A stretch of 32,000 nucleotides of DNA from Trichlorobacter lovleyi SZ (GTDB lineage: Bacteria; Desulfobacterota; Desulfuromonadia; Geobacterales; Pseudopelobacteraceae): contig NC_010814.1 in assembly GCF_000020385.1 (NCBI RefSeq), positions 1,050,001 through 1,082,000 on the forward strand. The letters are read 5' to 3'. Of the stretch, positions 1 to 9,990 are shown piece by piece. The notes under the pieces were generated by a model. That model did not search any database, had not been told where the DNA came from, and saw only the letters and a list, made by a program, of their open reading frames with translations. How positions within the stretch are numbered: the stretch's first letter is position 1; each line of letters starts with the position of its first letter. Made by a program: the position numbers and the translations under genes.

Positions 1-2
1 TC

Positions 3-101
3 CCGGTCTATCCGATCTCATCCATGACCGGTGAAGGGGTGGAGGCGCTGCTGGATGCCATTGCCGAGCGTCTCTGGGCTGCCCCCAGGGAGGAGTGGTG
101 A
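3..101 (+). CDS. obgE: Obg/CgtA GTPase, C-terminal end (5' part lies outside the window)
   Basis: Reading from the window edge gives [32 protein letters not shown], which resembles the end of an Obg-family GTPase. The TGA stop at 99-101 overlaps the proB ATG (TGATG). The obg-proB adjacency is common. Confidence 0.55.
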
Positions 102-1231
102 TGCGCAGGGGGCTGTTGCAGCAGGTCCGCAGGGTAGTAATCAAGGTGGGCAGCCGTGTCCTGACCGTTGAGGGGGGCGGGCTTGATTATGACGCCATTT
201 CCCGGCTGTGTGACGAGATGGCCGGGCTGCGCCAACAGGGGATCGAGGTGATTCTGGTCTCATCCGGCGCTGTTGCTGCCGGGCGTGATGCCCTGCGTTC
301 AGCTGATACCACCCTGACCATACCGCAGAAGCAGGCTGCTGCTGCGGTGGGGCAACCGCTTCTGATGCAGGCCTACCAGCAGGCCTGTACCCGCCATGGA
401 CTGGTGACGGCCCAGATCCTGCTGACGGCCGAAGATCTGGCCAACCGCAACCGTTTCCTGAATGCCCGGACCACCCTTGAGGCGCTGCTGACTGCCGGTG
501 CCCTGCCGGTGATCAATGAGAACGATTCCGTTGCCGTGGCTGAGATCAAGTTTGGCGATAATGACAACCTCTCCGCCCTGGTGACCAGTCTGGCAGAGGC
601 AGACCTGCTGCTGATCCTGACCGATATTGAGGGGCTCTACAGTGCCAACCCTGCCAGTGATCCTGATGCAGAGCTGATCCCGCTGGTGCGCAGCATCACC
701 CGCGAGATCGAGCGGATGGCCGGCGGCAGCGGCTCAAACGTCGGTACCGGTGGTATGGCCACCAAGGTGACGGCAGCCAAAAAGGCAGCCCGTTTCGGGG
801 TACCCACCATTCTGGCGCCGGGCAAACAACCGGGGGTGATCACTGCTGCGGTCAGTGGCCAGGAGATCGGCACCCTGTTCCTGCCTGCCACTGACGGCCT
901 GAACCGCCGCAAGCACTGGATCGCCTATACCCTGCGTCCGGCAGGCAAGGTGCTGGTGGATGCAGGGGCGCAGAAGGCGTTGGTTGAAAAGGGTACCAGT
1001 CTGCTGCCATCCGGCATTACCGGTGTGGAAGGCCGTTTTGAACGGGGTCGCTGTGTACGGATCTGTGGCCCGGACGGGACAGAAATTGCCAGAGGATTAG
1101 CGGATTATTCCAGTAGTGAGATTCAACTGATAGCAGGTCACAAATCTGCGGAGATTGAGCAGTTGCTGGGCTACCGCTACGGTGATGATGTAGTACACCG
1201 GGATAATCTGGTGTTGATGACCCATAGTTGA
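101..1231 (+). CDS. proB: Glutamate 5-kinase with C-terminal PUA domain
   Basis: ORF track 95..1231; I prefer the ATG at 101 over the GTG at 95. Amino-acid-kinase motifs are present ([43 protein letters not shown]). The PUA-like C-terminus reads GKVLVDAGA...GRCVRI. Confidence 0.93.
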   Translation: MRRGLLQQVRRVVIKVGSRVLTVEGGGLDYDAISRLCDEMAGLRQQGIEVILVSSGAVAAGRDALRSADTTLTIPQKQAAAAVGQPLLMQAYQQACTRHGLVTAQILLTAEDLANRNRFLNARTTLEALLTAGALPVINENDSVAVAEIKFGDNDNLSALVTSLAEADLLLILTDIEGLYSANPASDPDAELIPLVRSITREIERMAGGSGSNVGTGGMATKVTAAKKAARFGVPTILAPGKQPGVITAAVSGQEIGTLFLPATDGLNRRKHWIAYTLRPAGKVLVDAGAQKALVEKGTSLLPSGITGVEGRFERGRCVRICGPDGTEIARGLADYSSSEIQLIAGHKSAEIEQLLGYRYGDDVVHRDNLVLMTHS

Positions 1232-1235
1232 GGCT

Positions 1236-1353
1236 ATTCCAATTCCATTTCAAGGCGCTCTCTTCGTTGGCTCGTCTTTGGCTCCTCAGTGTACTGCGTG
1301 TACGCCTGCCTCGCCGAACTCCTCGCCGCCTTGATATCATCCTTGAACTGGAA
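1236..1353. repeat. Family-1 imperfect-palindromic intergenic repeat, copy 1
   Basis: Terminal inverted arms are ATTCCATTTCAAGG and CCTTGAACTGGAAT. The central motif is GTGTACTGCGTGTACGCC. It aligns with the copies at 17750..17857, 20575..20655 (partial) and 22073..22193 (divergent). Confidence 0.65.
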
Positions 1354-1380
1354 TCGGATAACTCTATTGGCGGAATATAG

Positions 1381-1416
1381 AAAAGCCCCTGATCATGACT
1401 GGTCAGGGGCTTTTGG
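1381..1416. terminator. Bidirectional intrinsic terminator between convergent proB and the 432-aa ORF
   Basis: AAAAGCCCCTGAtcatgactgGTCAGGGGCTTTT is a GC-rich stem flanked by an A-run on one side and a T-run on the other. It sits between two convergent stop codons. Confidence 0.7.
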
Positions 1417-1441
1417 TTACCTACAACAATGCGGTGAAGAA

Positions 1442-2740
1442 CTAGGGCTGTTTTGCCTTTACCGTAAAGGCTGCACCGTTGAAACTCTCTTTTACCTGCA
1501 GTGCGGTCTGCAGTACCTCTACCATGCCTTTGGCGGTCTTGCCTGCTGCATCAGGTCTGACAACAACCTTCAGACTGCGCTCAACCAGATTACCTGATGC
1601 TACGGCATCAATGCGGCAGGCGGCCAGCTGTTCGTTTTCAATCCAGCAGCCATTGCCGCCGGCATCGGTCAGCTTCAACTGCTGGGGCAGGCTGATCCGC
1701 AGATCGATCTCTTTGGCCGCCTTTGAACCCACATTCAGCAGGGTGACTTTGTAGCTGCCAGCCTCTCCTGCTACGGCGGTCTGCTGCAGGCGGGATACGG
1801 CACGCAGCAGCGGCGCTGCGGCGGTTATGGTCAGTTCTTTCGACTTGCTGATGTCATTAAACCTGGTTGAGGTGGCCTTGGCCGTGGCGGTAATCCGCGA
1901 TCCATCAACCCGGTCGCTGGGCATCTTGAAGGCGATCAGCAACTCGGCCTGTTGACGGGGCTGCAGGGTAATCTTCTGGACCGGCTGGGTGCGGTCAGCA
2001 GCCTGGGTGATCATCCCTTCCACGCCGGAGGGCAGCAGGGCCTCAACCGAGAACTCCTCGGCATCCTTGCCGTGATTGATCAGCTGGAACGCTACCAGCG
2101 CAGCGTTGCCAACCTCCTGTGCCGGTGCAGACGGGGATTCAATCTCAAACTTGACGGCCTCCCGGGCCGCCTTGATGGCGGCAAGACGCTCACGTTCCTT
2201 ACGTTCGGCTTCAGCCCGCTCCCGTGCTACCCGTTCCCGTTCAGCCCGCTCCTGAGCCAGACGTTCCTGCTCAGCCTTCAGGGCTGCGGCACGTTCCAGG
2301 GCCAGTTGTTCGTTACGGACCTTCTGGGCTGCGGCTCGCAGCTGCTTGTTGGGGTGCAGTTTTTCACCGGTCTGGCGACGCTTGGACAGCGCGGAAAGAT
2401 CAGCTTCAATCGAGTCAGCCAGCGGTCCGTTGCCAAATTCCTTGTTGAACTTGAGGATCGTCTGGGCCGCGTTGTCGTTGTCACCGGAGCGGTACTGCGC
2501 CCGGGCCAGCATCAGCAGCGAGACATCCCGCAGGGGGGAGTCGGGGAACAGCTGCTCCATTTGATGGAGCTTGTCAATGCTGTGCAGGTAATCCTTGCCC
2601 TGAAAAGCGGTAAACGCCTCCATAAAGAGCGATGAATCGTCGATCTCGGCCCTGAGCGGTGCTGGTGCCAGCAGACAGAGCAGCAGGTACAGGCAAACGA
2701 GAAAACGGAGCGGCTGACAGTGGCTGAAGGAGTGTCTCAT
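1442..2740 (-). CDS. Secreted hypothetical protein: signal peptide, TPR-like region, Glu/Arg/Ala-rich coiled coil, two beta-sandwich-like C-terminal modules
   Basis: The 432-aa ORF has a hydrophobic N-terminus, LVCLYLLLCLLAPAPLRA/EIDD. It carries a YbgF/BamD-like TPR stretch and the charged tract ERLAQERAERERVARERAEAERKERERLAA. The start codon lies 4 nt after the rpoD stop. Confidence 0.75.
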   Translation of the reverse strand: MRHSFSHCQPLRFLVCLYLLLCLLAPAPLRAEIDDSSLFMEAFTAFQGKDYLHSIDKLHQMEQLFPDSPLRDVSLLMLARAQYRSGDNDNAAQTILKFNKEFGNGPLADSIEADLSALSKRRQTGEKLHPNKQLRAAAQKVRNEQLALERAAALKAEQERLAQERAERERVARERAEAERKERERLAAIKAAREAVKFEIESPSAPAQEVGNAALVAFQLINHGKDAEEFSVEALLPSGVEGMITQAADRTQPVQKITLQPRQQAELLIAFKMPSDRVDGSRITATAKATSTRFNDISKSKELTITAAAPLLRAVSRLQQTAVAGEAGSYKVTLLNVGSKAAKEIDLRISLPQQLKLTDAGGNGCWIENEQLAACRIDAVASGNLVERSLKVVVRPDAAGKTAKGMVEVLQTALQVKESFNGAAFTVKAKQP

Positions 2741-2744
2741 CTGG

Positions 2745-4505
<1,761 letters not shown>

Positions 4506-4542
4506 GTGGGTGGGTACCTTTATGAAATACGAGTCTGGTTAC

Positions 4543-6309
4543 TTATAACGCCGATTTTTGATTACGCAACTGATCGGCTGTTTTTAACAGTTCTTGATAC
4601 TCTTCACTATCTTCCGGCAGGGTGGCCAGCCTGAGGGCAATCTGTTTCAGGCCGCGGGTCTCACCCTGCTTCTGGCGTTTCAGACACTGCCGCAGGGCAG
4701 CGCGCCAGTCGATACCGGCCAGGTGCTGATCCTGTATCAGCAGCCGTGCCACCAGCTCCTTCTGTTGTTCCTGCTCAAGCCGTGCCAGCACCTCCGGCCA
4801 GAGCGGACCGTCATGTTCTCCTTCACCTGCCGCCAGGATCGCCTGGGCCAGGGGCAGGTGCTGCTGGTCAAACAGCTGCTGCAGATCAAGCGTCCTGATC
4901 TCCAAACGGGCTTCAGGATAGGCTGCCAGCAGGCCCAGCATGGTTTCCTGGGTGCTGTCCCGTGCGATTGTCTGTGTGACCGGTTTTGTTGCCGTCTGTC
5001 GTTGTGCCACCGGTTGCTGCTGGTCACGCTGACCTGCCAGGCGTCGCCGGAAGGCCTGGAGATCGACCCCCAGCAGCCGGCAGATCTCTTTCTGGTACAG
5101 GTCTCGCTCCACCGGATCCTTGATACGCTGGAAGCGGGGGATGATCTCATCCATCAAGCGCACCCGCTGATCAATGCTGTCAGCCGGTGTCTTGGCCAGC
5201 AGCCAGTGCAAAAACTGTTCAAAGGCCGGTTTTGCCGCTGCAACCCGCTGGTTGAACGCCTCGACGCCATGCTTCTGTAACAGGCTGTCGGGATCTTCGC
5301 CCTGGGGCAGGTTGATCACGTAGACCGGCAGGGCCTGTTCAAGACAGAGTTCCATGGCCCGTACCGTGGCCTTACGCCCGGCATTGTCACCGTCAAACAG
5401 CAGGCAGACCCGCTGGGCATGTTTCTTCAGCAGGCTGATATGGCCGTCGGTCAGCGCCGTACCGCAGGTGGCCAGGGCATTGCGTATCCCGGCCCGGTAG
5501 AGGGCCAGATGGTCGAAATAGCCTTCCACGATAATGGCGGTGCCGCTCTGCCTGATATCCCGCAGGGCCAGGTCAACTCCGAACAGGACACTGCTCTTGC
5601 GATACAGCGGCGATTCCGGCGAGTTGATGTACTTGGGCAGGCTGTTGTCCAGTACCCTGCCGGCAAAGCCGATCGGTTGTCCCTGCTTGTCGCGGATCGG
5701 AAAGATCAGGCGATGGTGCAGCAGGTCATACCAGCCCCGGTCTCCCCTACGGATGATCCCCAGCTGTTCTGCCTGTTCAAGTGGCAGCCCCTTGGCCCGC
5801 AGGAGCTGGATCAGGGTGTCGCGCCGTTCCGGGGCGTATCCCAGTCCATAGGCTGCCGCGGTTTCCGGGTCCACTTCCCGCTCTTGCAGATAACTGCGCG
5901 CCACTGCCCCTTCCGGTTGGCGGGTCAGGGTCTCGCGATAATGTTGTGCCGTCAGGAGCATGATGGCGCGCTGCTGATCGCGTTCCGTCTTGAGCTGCTT
6001 TTCGGCGTCGGTCAAAGGGCGATCTTCAATAGCCACACCGGCACGCGCAGCCAGCTTGCGCAAGGCCTCCGGGAAGCTGATTCCCTCAATCTTCATTACA
6101 AAGGAGAAGATGTCTCCGCCGGCACCGCAGCCAAAACAGTGGAAGATCTCTCTGGCCGGATTGACGTTGAACGACGGGGTCTTCTCGCCATGAAACGGAC
6201 AAAGCCCCAGAAAATTGGAGCCGCTACGTTTCAATGAAACATATTCGCCGATAATCTCGGCTATGGAGAGTCGCTCTGCAACCTCTCTGACGGTGTCATT
6301 GCGGTTCAT
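4543..6309 (-). CDS. dnaG: DNA primase
   Basis: It has the CHC2 zinc finger CPFHGEKTPSFNVNPAREIFHCFGCGAGG. A TOPRIM region is present (IVEGYFD ... LFDGDNAGRKA). Confidence 0.96.
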   Translation of the reverse strand: MNRNDTVREVAERLSIAEIIGEYVSLKRSGSNFLGLCPFHGEKTPSFNVNPAREIFHCFGCGAGGDIFSFVMKIEGISFPEALRKLAARAGVAIEDRPLTDAEKQLKTERDQQRAIMLLTAQHYRETLTRQPEGAVARSYLQEREVDPETAAAYGLGYAPERRDTLIQLLRAKGLPLEQAEQLGIIRRGDRGWYDLLHHRLIFPIRDKQGQPIGFAGRVLDNSLPKYINSPESPLYRKSSVLFGVDLALRDIRQSGTAIIVEGYFDHLALYRAGIRNALATCGTALTDGHISLLKKHAQRVCLLFDGDNAGRKATVRAMELCLEQALPVYVINLPQGEDPDSLLQKHGVEAFNQRVAAAKPAFEQFLHWLLAKTPADSIDQRVRLMDEIIPRFQRIKDPVERDLYQKEICRLLGVDLQAFRRRLAGQRDQQQPVAQRQTATKPVTQTIARDSTQETMLGLLAAYPEARLEIRTLDLQQLFDQQHLPLAQAILAAGEGEHDGPLWPEVLARLEQEQQKELVARLLIQDQHLAGIDWRAALRQCLKRQKQGETRGLKQIALRLATLPEDSEEYQELLKTADQLRNQKSAL

Positions 6310-6791
6310 GGTGACTGCTGCCGTAGCGTCTTGGCCCGATCAAGCGTTGAGCCGCCAAAGCTTGCCAGCGGATGGGCAAAGGGATGTTTTTGAACGGTTT
6401 CCTTGAACGGGAAGGAAAAAGGTACGGCAACAACAGCGTAAAAAAACATTCCCAGCACCAATGCCCCTTCGAGGCAGCCCAGCACCATACCGCCAAGGCG
6501 GTTTACCCAGCCCAGCAGGGCCAGCCTGACCAGGCCGGTCAAGAGATTTCCCAGCAGGTGAGCAGCCAGCCCTACCAGAATCAGCAGGAGTATAAATGCG
6601 ACCATCCGGGCTGCCACCGGCGGCAGCATGCCATGCAGCAGTACGGCCGCCTTTTCGTGATAGCGGAAAGCCAGCCAGCCACCCAGCAGCAGGGCGGTCA
6701 GGGCTGCCGCTTCTTTGATCAGGCCGCGCAGCAGCCCTCGCAGGGCGCCAAGTGCCAGCACGGCCAGGATGGCGATGTCGAGCAGGCTCAT
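6306..6791 (-). CDS. cvpA: CvpA-family integral membrane protein
   Basis: 161 aa with four hydrophobic helices and a CvpA-like N-terminus, MSLLDIAILAVLALGALRGLLRGLIKE. Its stop overlaps the dnaG start by 4 nt. The alternative-frame ORF at 6340..6819 is rejected. Confidence 0.8.
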   Translation of the reverse strand: MSLLDIAILAVLALGALRGLLRGLIKEAAALTALLLGGWLAFRYHEKAAVLLHGMLPPVAARMVAFILLLILVGLAAHLLGNLLTGLVRLALLGWVNRLGGMVLGCLEGALVLGMFFYAVVAVPFSFPFKETVQKHPFAHPLASFGGSTLDRAKTLRQQSP

Positions 6792-6819
6792 AGTGTGTTC
6801 CGCAGGGATTAGACAGCAA

Positions 6820-6843
6820 CGGGGCTTTCTTGCGAAAGCCCCG
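6820..6843 (-). terminator. Stem-loop between rpsU and cvpA-dnaG, a possible partial terminator or attenuator
   Basis: CGGGGCTTTCttgcGAAAGCCCCG forms a 10-bp perfect stem. On the minus strand only a weakly U-rich tract follows it (TTGCTGTCT). It sits in the position of the E. coli rpsU-dnaG internal terminator. Confidence 0.4.
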
Positions 6844-6906
6844 TGGTTACTGCTACCGGATCATTGATGGAGGTGAAGGAAGGGGAGGATCCGGCTTCGA
6901 TGGCCG

Positions 6907-7104
6907 TTAGTCCATCATCTTGCGCTGTTTCTTCAGGGCGCGCTTGCGTGCTGCAATCGCCTTCTTCTTGCGCTTGATGCTGGGCTTTTCATAGTGCTCA
7001 CGCTTGCGGACCTCAGAGAGGATCCCCGCCTTTTCGCACTGCTTCTTGAACTTCTTCAGAGCGAGATCAAATGGCTCGTTTTCCCGAATTCGTACTCCTG
7101 GCAT
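6907..7104 (-). CDS. rpsU: 30S ribosomal protein S21
   Basis: The sequence is [48 protein letters not shown]... Confidence 0.95.
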   Translation of the reverse strand: MPGVRIRENEPFDLALKKFKKQCEKAGILSEVRKREHYEKPSIKRKKKAIAARKRALKKQRKMMD

Positions 7105-7193
7105 CCATTATCCCTCCCCTCGTCGTAAGATACGTGTATGGAAACAGCGGCTGCTGTTAACAATGCCTAGGTGTATTTTTTTGTGAGCTTTGT

Positions 7194-7221
7194 ATACTAG
7201 CAGTAAATTCTCTGATGTCAA
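7194..7221 (-). promoter_or_regulatory. Candidate sigma-70 promoter of rpsU operon
   Basis: On the minus strand, TTGACA (7221-7216) is followed by a 16-nt spacer and TAGTAT (7199-7194). This lies about 90 nt upstream of the rpsU ATG. Confidence 0.45.
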
Positions 7222-7235
7222 CTGAATAAATATGC

Positions 7236-7408
7236 AAAACTACTGCGGAGGCCGTCAGTCCCTTATCTCCTCCCTTCTCCCGGCGGGGGAGGGTGGCCAA
7301 AGGCCGGGTGAGGGCATTGCGCGGTGCTCGCTTCTCTGTCTAACCGGGTGTTATATCTCCGCCGCTGCGCAACCTACACCTTGTATCCGGCCTTCCCCAT
7401 GACATTTT
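7236..7408. repeat. Family-2 composite intergenic element, copy 1 (GC-rich hairpins plus a conserved 3' module)
   Basis: It aligns over about 175 nt with 14614..14791. Shared blocks are AAAACTAytsCGGAGGCCGTCArTCCCT, CCTCCCTTCTCCC, GCrTTGCGCGGTGyTCGCTT, GTCTAAC, TGTTATrTCTC, TGTATCCGGsCTTCC and CATGACrTTTT. Confidence 0.7.
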
Positions 7409-7427
7409 GCATGGGACTCAGGTTTTG

Positions 7428-7754
7428 CTATTCCTTCCGGGCGGCTTTTTCAACTATGCCCGAGGTACCAAAGCGACGTTGCAGTTCAGACCAGACGGCA
7501 TCGGCCGGAATATCACGGGCTGCCAGCAGCACCAGGCCGTGATAGAGCAGGTCGGCGGTTTCGTAGATCAGCTCGGTGTCTGTCCCACCTTTACCGGCAA
7601 TCACCACTTCAGTAGCTTCTTCTCCGACCTTCTTGAGGATCTTGTCCACCCCTTTGTGCAGCAGGGAGGCGGTATAGGAACTGTCCGGCGAGGCCCCCTT
7701 GCGGGAGAGAATCACCTGATACAACTCATCCAGAATATGCTGGTTGCTGTTCAT
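7428..7754 (-). CDS. hisE: Phosphoribosyl-ATP pyrophosphatase (stand-alone HisE)
   Basis: The track ORF 7428..7895 overlaps hisF, so I chose the internal ATG at 7754, 1 nt after the hisF stop. The HisE/MazG-like sequence is LDELYQVILSRK...SYTASLLHKGVDKILKKVGEEATEVVIA...LIYETADLLYHGLVLL. Confidence 0.85.
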   Translation of the reverse strand: MNSNQHILDELYQVILSRKGASPDSSYTASLLHKGVDKILKKVGEEATEVVIAGKGGTDTELIYETADLLYHGLVLLAARDIPADAVWSELQRRFGTSGIVEKAARKE

Positions 7755-7755
7755 C

Positions 7756-8520
7756 TTAAACCATCCTGATCGGGACGCCCCGTCCTTGGAGATACTGCTT
7801 GGCTTCCTGTACCGTATGCTGCCGGAAGTGGAAGATTGAGGCTGCCAGGCAGGCTGAGGCCCCGGCAGTGGTGAAGCCGTCATAGAGATGTTCAAGGTTG
7901 CCGACCCCGCCTGAGGCGATCACCGGTATTGAAACGGCATCGACCACGGCACGGGTCAGGGCCAGGTCATAGCCGTCCTTGGTGCCGTCACGGTCCATAC
8001 TGGTCAGCAGGATCTCACCGGCACCGTAAGACTCCATCCTGACTGCCCATTCAACGGCATCGATTCCGGTCGGTTTGCGGCCGCCGTGGGTGTAGACCTC
8101 CCAGCGCTGCTCACCCGGTACCTGGCGGGCATCAATGGCCACGACGGTACACTGGGAACCGAACCGCTCGGCAGCCTCATTCACAAACTCAGGCCGGCTG
8201 ACCGCAGCGGTGTTGATCGAAACTTTGTCTGCTCCGGCGTTCAGCATCCGGCGGATATCCTCCACCACCCTGATACCGCCGCCCACGGTCAGCGGCATAA
8301 AGACCCGCTCTGCGGTATGGCGTACCACATCCACCATGGTGTCGCGCCCATCGCTGGATGCGGTGATATCCAGAAAGGTCAGCTCATCGGCCCCTTGCAG
8401 GTCATAGGCCTCGGCGATTTCCACCGGATCACCGGCATCACGCAGCTCAAGAAACTGGACCCCCTTGACCACCCGGCCGCCGGTCACATCCAGACAGGGA
8501 ATGATACGGCGGGTCAGCAT
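7756..8520 (-). CDS. hisF: Imidazole glycerol phosphate synthase, cyclase subunit
   Basis: The sequence includes [23 protein letters not shown]...[11 protein letters not shown]...[10 protein letters not shown], a typical HisF TIM barrel. Confidence 0.96.
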   Translation of the reverse strand: MLTRRIIPCLDVTGGRVVKGVQFLELRDAGDPVEIAEAYDLQGADELTFLDITASSDGRDTMVDVVRHTAERVFMPLTVGGGIRVVEDIRRMLNAGADKVSINTAAVSRPEFVNEAAERFGSQCTVVAIDARQVPGEQRWEVYTHGGRKPTGIDAVEWAVRMESYGAGEILLTSMDRDGTKDGYDLALTRAVVDAVSIPVIASGGVGNLEHLYDGFTTAGASACLAASIFHFRQHTVQEAKQYLQGRGVPIRMV

Positions 8521-9251
8521 TGGCAGCCCCGCTTGGTCAGGTCAATCGCCTCACGCAGGTTGATGGCGCCGGTGTAGATCGCCTTGCCGGTAATGGCGCC
8601 GGTTACACCGCTGGCTTCAATGGCCATCAGGTTTTCGATATCCTTCAGTGAAGAGACACCGCCGGAAGCGATCACCGGGATTGAGATCGCCTCTGCCAGC
8701 GCCCTGGTCGCCTCAAGGTTGGGGCCACCCATCATGCCGTCCCGGCTGATGTCGGTGTAGATGATGGCGGCAACACCACAATCTTCAAACTTCTTTGCCA
8801 GATCAACCGCGCTGATGTCAGTCAGTTCAGCCCAGCCCTGCACCGCCACCATGCCGTTCTTGGCATCAATGCCGACTACAATCCGGCCGGGAAACTTCTG
8901 GCAGGCCTCGATCACCAGTTCCGGGTTGCGCTGGGCAGCGGTGCCGATGATCACCCGGGAAAGCCCCAGTGACAGGTAGGCCTCAATGGTGGCGATATCA
9001 CGGATGCCGCCACCCAGTTGGGCAGGAATGGTGATCGCCTTGATAATTGCCTCAATGGCAGCCTTGTTTTTGGGGATGCCGGCAAAGGCACCGTCCAGAT
9101 CCACCAGGTGCAGCAGTTCTGCGCCGGCCTCCTGCCACTTCAGGGCCTGCTCGGCAGGATTGTCGGAGAATACGGTGTCGCGGTTCATCTCGCCTTGTTC
9201 CAGGCGGACGCAGTTACCTTCTTTCAGGTCTATGGCAGGTATGACGATCAT
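8514..9251 (-). CDS. hisA: ProFAR isomerase
   Basis: The sequence includes [22 protein letters not shown]...LHLVDLDGA...GGGIR...IASGGVSS. It overlaps the hisF start by 7 nt. Confidence 0.95.
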   Translation of the reverse strand: MIVIPAIDLKEGNCVRLEQGEMNRDTVFSDNPAEQALKWQEAGAELLHLVDLDGAFAGIPKNKAAIEAIIKAITIPAQLGGGIRDIATIEAYLSLGLSRVIIGTAAQRNPELVIEACQKFPGRIVVGIDAKNGMVAVQGWAELTDISAVDLAKKFEDCGVAAIIYTDISRDGMMGGPNLEATRALAEAISIPVIASGGVSSLKDIENLMAIEASGVTGAITGKAIYTGAINLREAIDLTKRGCQC

Positions 9252-9266
9252 TATCAGTTCCTTTTA

Positions 9267-9364
9267 TCCACGAAGGACACGAAGGTACACCAAGTAAGGC
9301 GTAAAGCTAAAATCAAGTTGACTGCTTTTTGTAGTTTTCTTAGTGATACTTCGTGTTCTTGGTA
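9267..9364. repeat. CACGAAGG-type imperfect palindrome inside the his operon (hisH-hisA spacer)
   Basis: The left arm is TCCACGAAGGACACGAAGGTACACCAAG. The right arm is CTTAGTGATACTTCGTGTTCTTGGTA, its imperfect reverse complement. An AT-rich loop of about 44 nt separates them. Confidence 0.65.
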
Positions 9365-9366
9365 GA

Positions 9367-9990
9367 TCAGTGCAGTTCGGCAAAGTTTTTCAGCATCTGC
9401 AGGCCGATTCCCTGCGATTTTTCAGGGTGAAACTGGGTGGCCATGACATTGTCCTTGCGGATGGCGGCGCAGAATTCCAGGCCGTAGCTGCAGGTGGCTG
9501 CTACGACAGACGGGTCATCGGGCCTGACGTAGTAGGAGTGTACGAAATAGACGTTACTGCCGTCGCTAATGCCGTTAAACAACGGTGTCTCTGCCTTCAG
9601 GGTGATCTGATTCCAGCCCATGTGAGGTACCGGCAGCTTTTCCCCCTGTTCCTTCATTCCCTCCGGGAAACGGACCACCCGTCCGGGGATGACTCCCAGC
9701 CCCTTGTGCAGGCCGAACTCTTCGCTTTCGCTAAAAAGCAGCTGCAGCCCGAGGCAGATCCCCAGAAAAGGCCGCCCTTCGGCAATCACCTGCAGGATCG
9801 GCTCAACAAACCTACCCTGCTCCAGATTGTGGATACAATCCCGGAAGGCGCCTACCCCCGGCAGTACGATTTTTTCTGCTGCAAGGATGCGTGCCGGATC
9901 AGCGGTTACTTCCGCCGCAAAACCTATCCGCTCAAAGCCTTTTTGAACCGAGCGCAGGTTGCCCATGCCGTAGTCAATGATTGCGATCAT
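9367..9990 (-). CDS. hisH: Imidazole glycerol phosphate synthase, glutamine amidotransferase subunit
   Basis: The internal ATG at 9990 gives [15 protein letters not shown], with catalytic GICLGLQ and HSYY. This ATG overlaps the upstream MCP stop (ATGA at 9987-9990). Confidence 0.93.
   Translation of the reverse strand: MIAIIDYGMGNLRSVQKGFERIGFAAEVTADPARILAAEKIVLPGVGAFRDCIHNLEQGRFVEPILQVIAEGRPFLGICLGLQLLFSESEEFGLHKGLGVIPGRVVRFPEGMKEQGEKLPVPHMGWNQITLKAETPLFNGISDGSNVYFVHSYYVRPDDPSVVAATCSYGLEFCAAIRKDNVMATQFHPEKSQGIGLQMLKNFAELH

Noticed and set aside
1289-1597. A 102-aa ORF covering the family-1 repeat and the terminator. Similar small ORFs lie over other repeats (14476..14682, 17648..17878, 26434..26907).
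   Set aside because: They are read through palindromic repeats and terminator hairpins. They have no RBS, and their sequence conservation is explained by the repeats.
6340-6819. A 159-aa alternative frame overlapping cvpA on the same strand.
   Set aside because: It is Arg/Pro/Gly-rich with no hydrophobic helices. The 6306..6791 frame gives a coherent four-helix membrane protein with start and stop coupling to dnaG.
7755-7895. N-terminal extension of the hisE ORF (track ORF 7428..7895), which overlaps the hisF 3' end.
   Set aside because: The extension is Pro/Ser/Gln-rich with no HisE similarity. The internal ATG at 7754 lies 1 nt after the hisF stop and gives a normal-length HisE.
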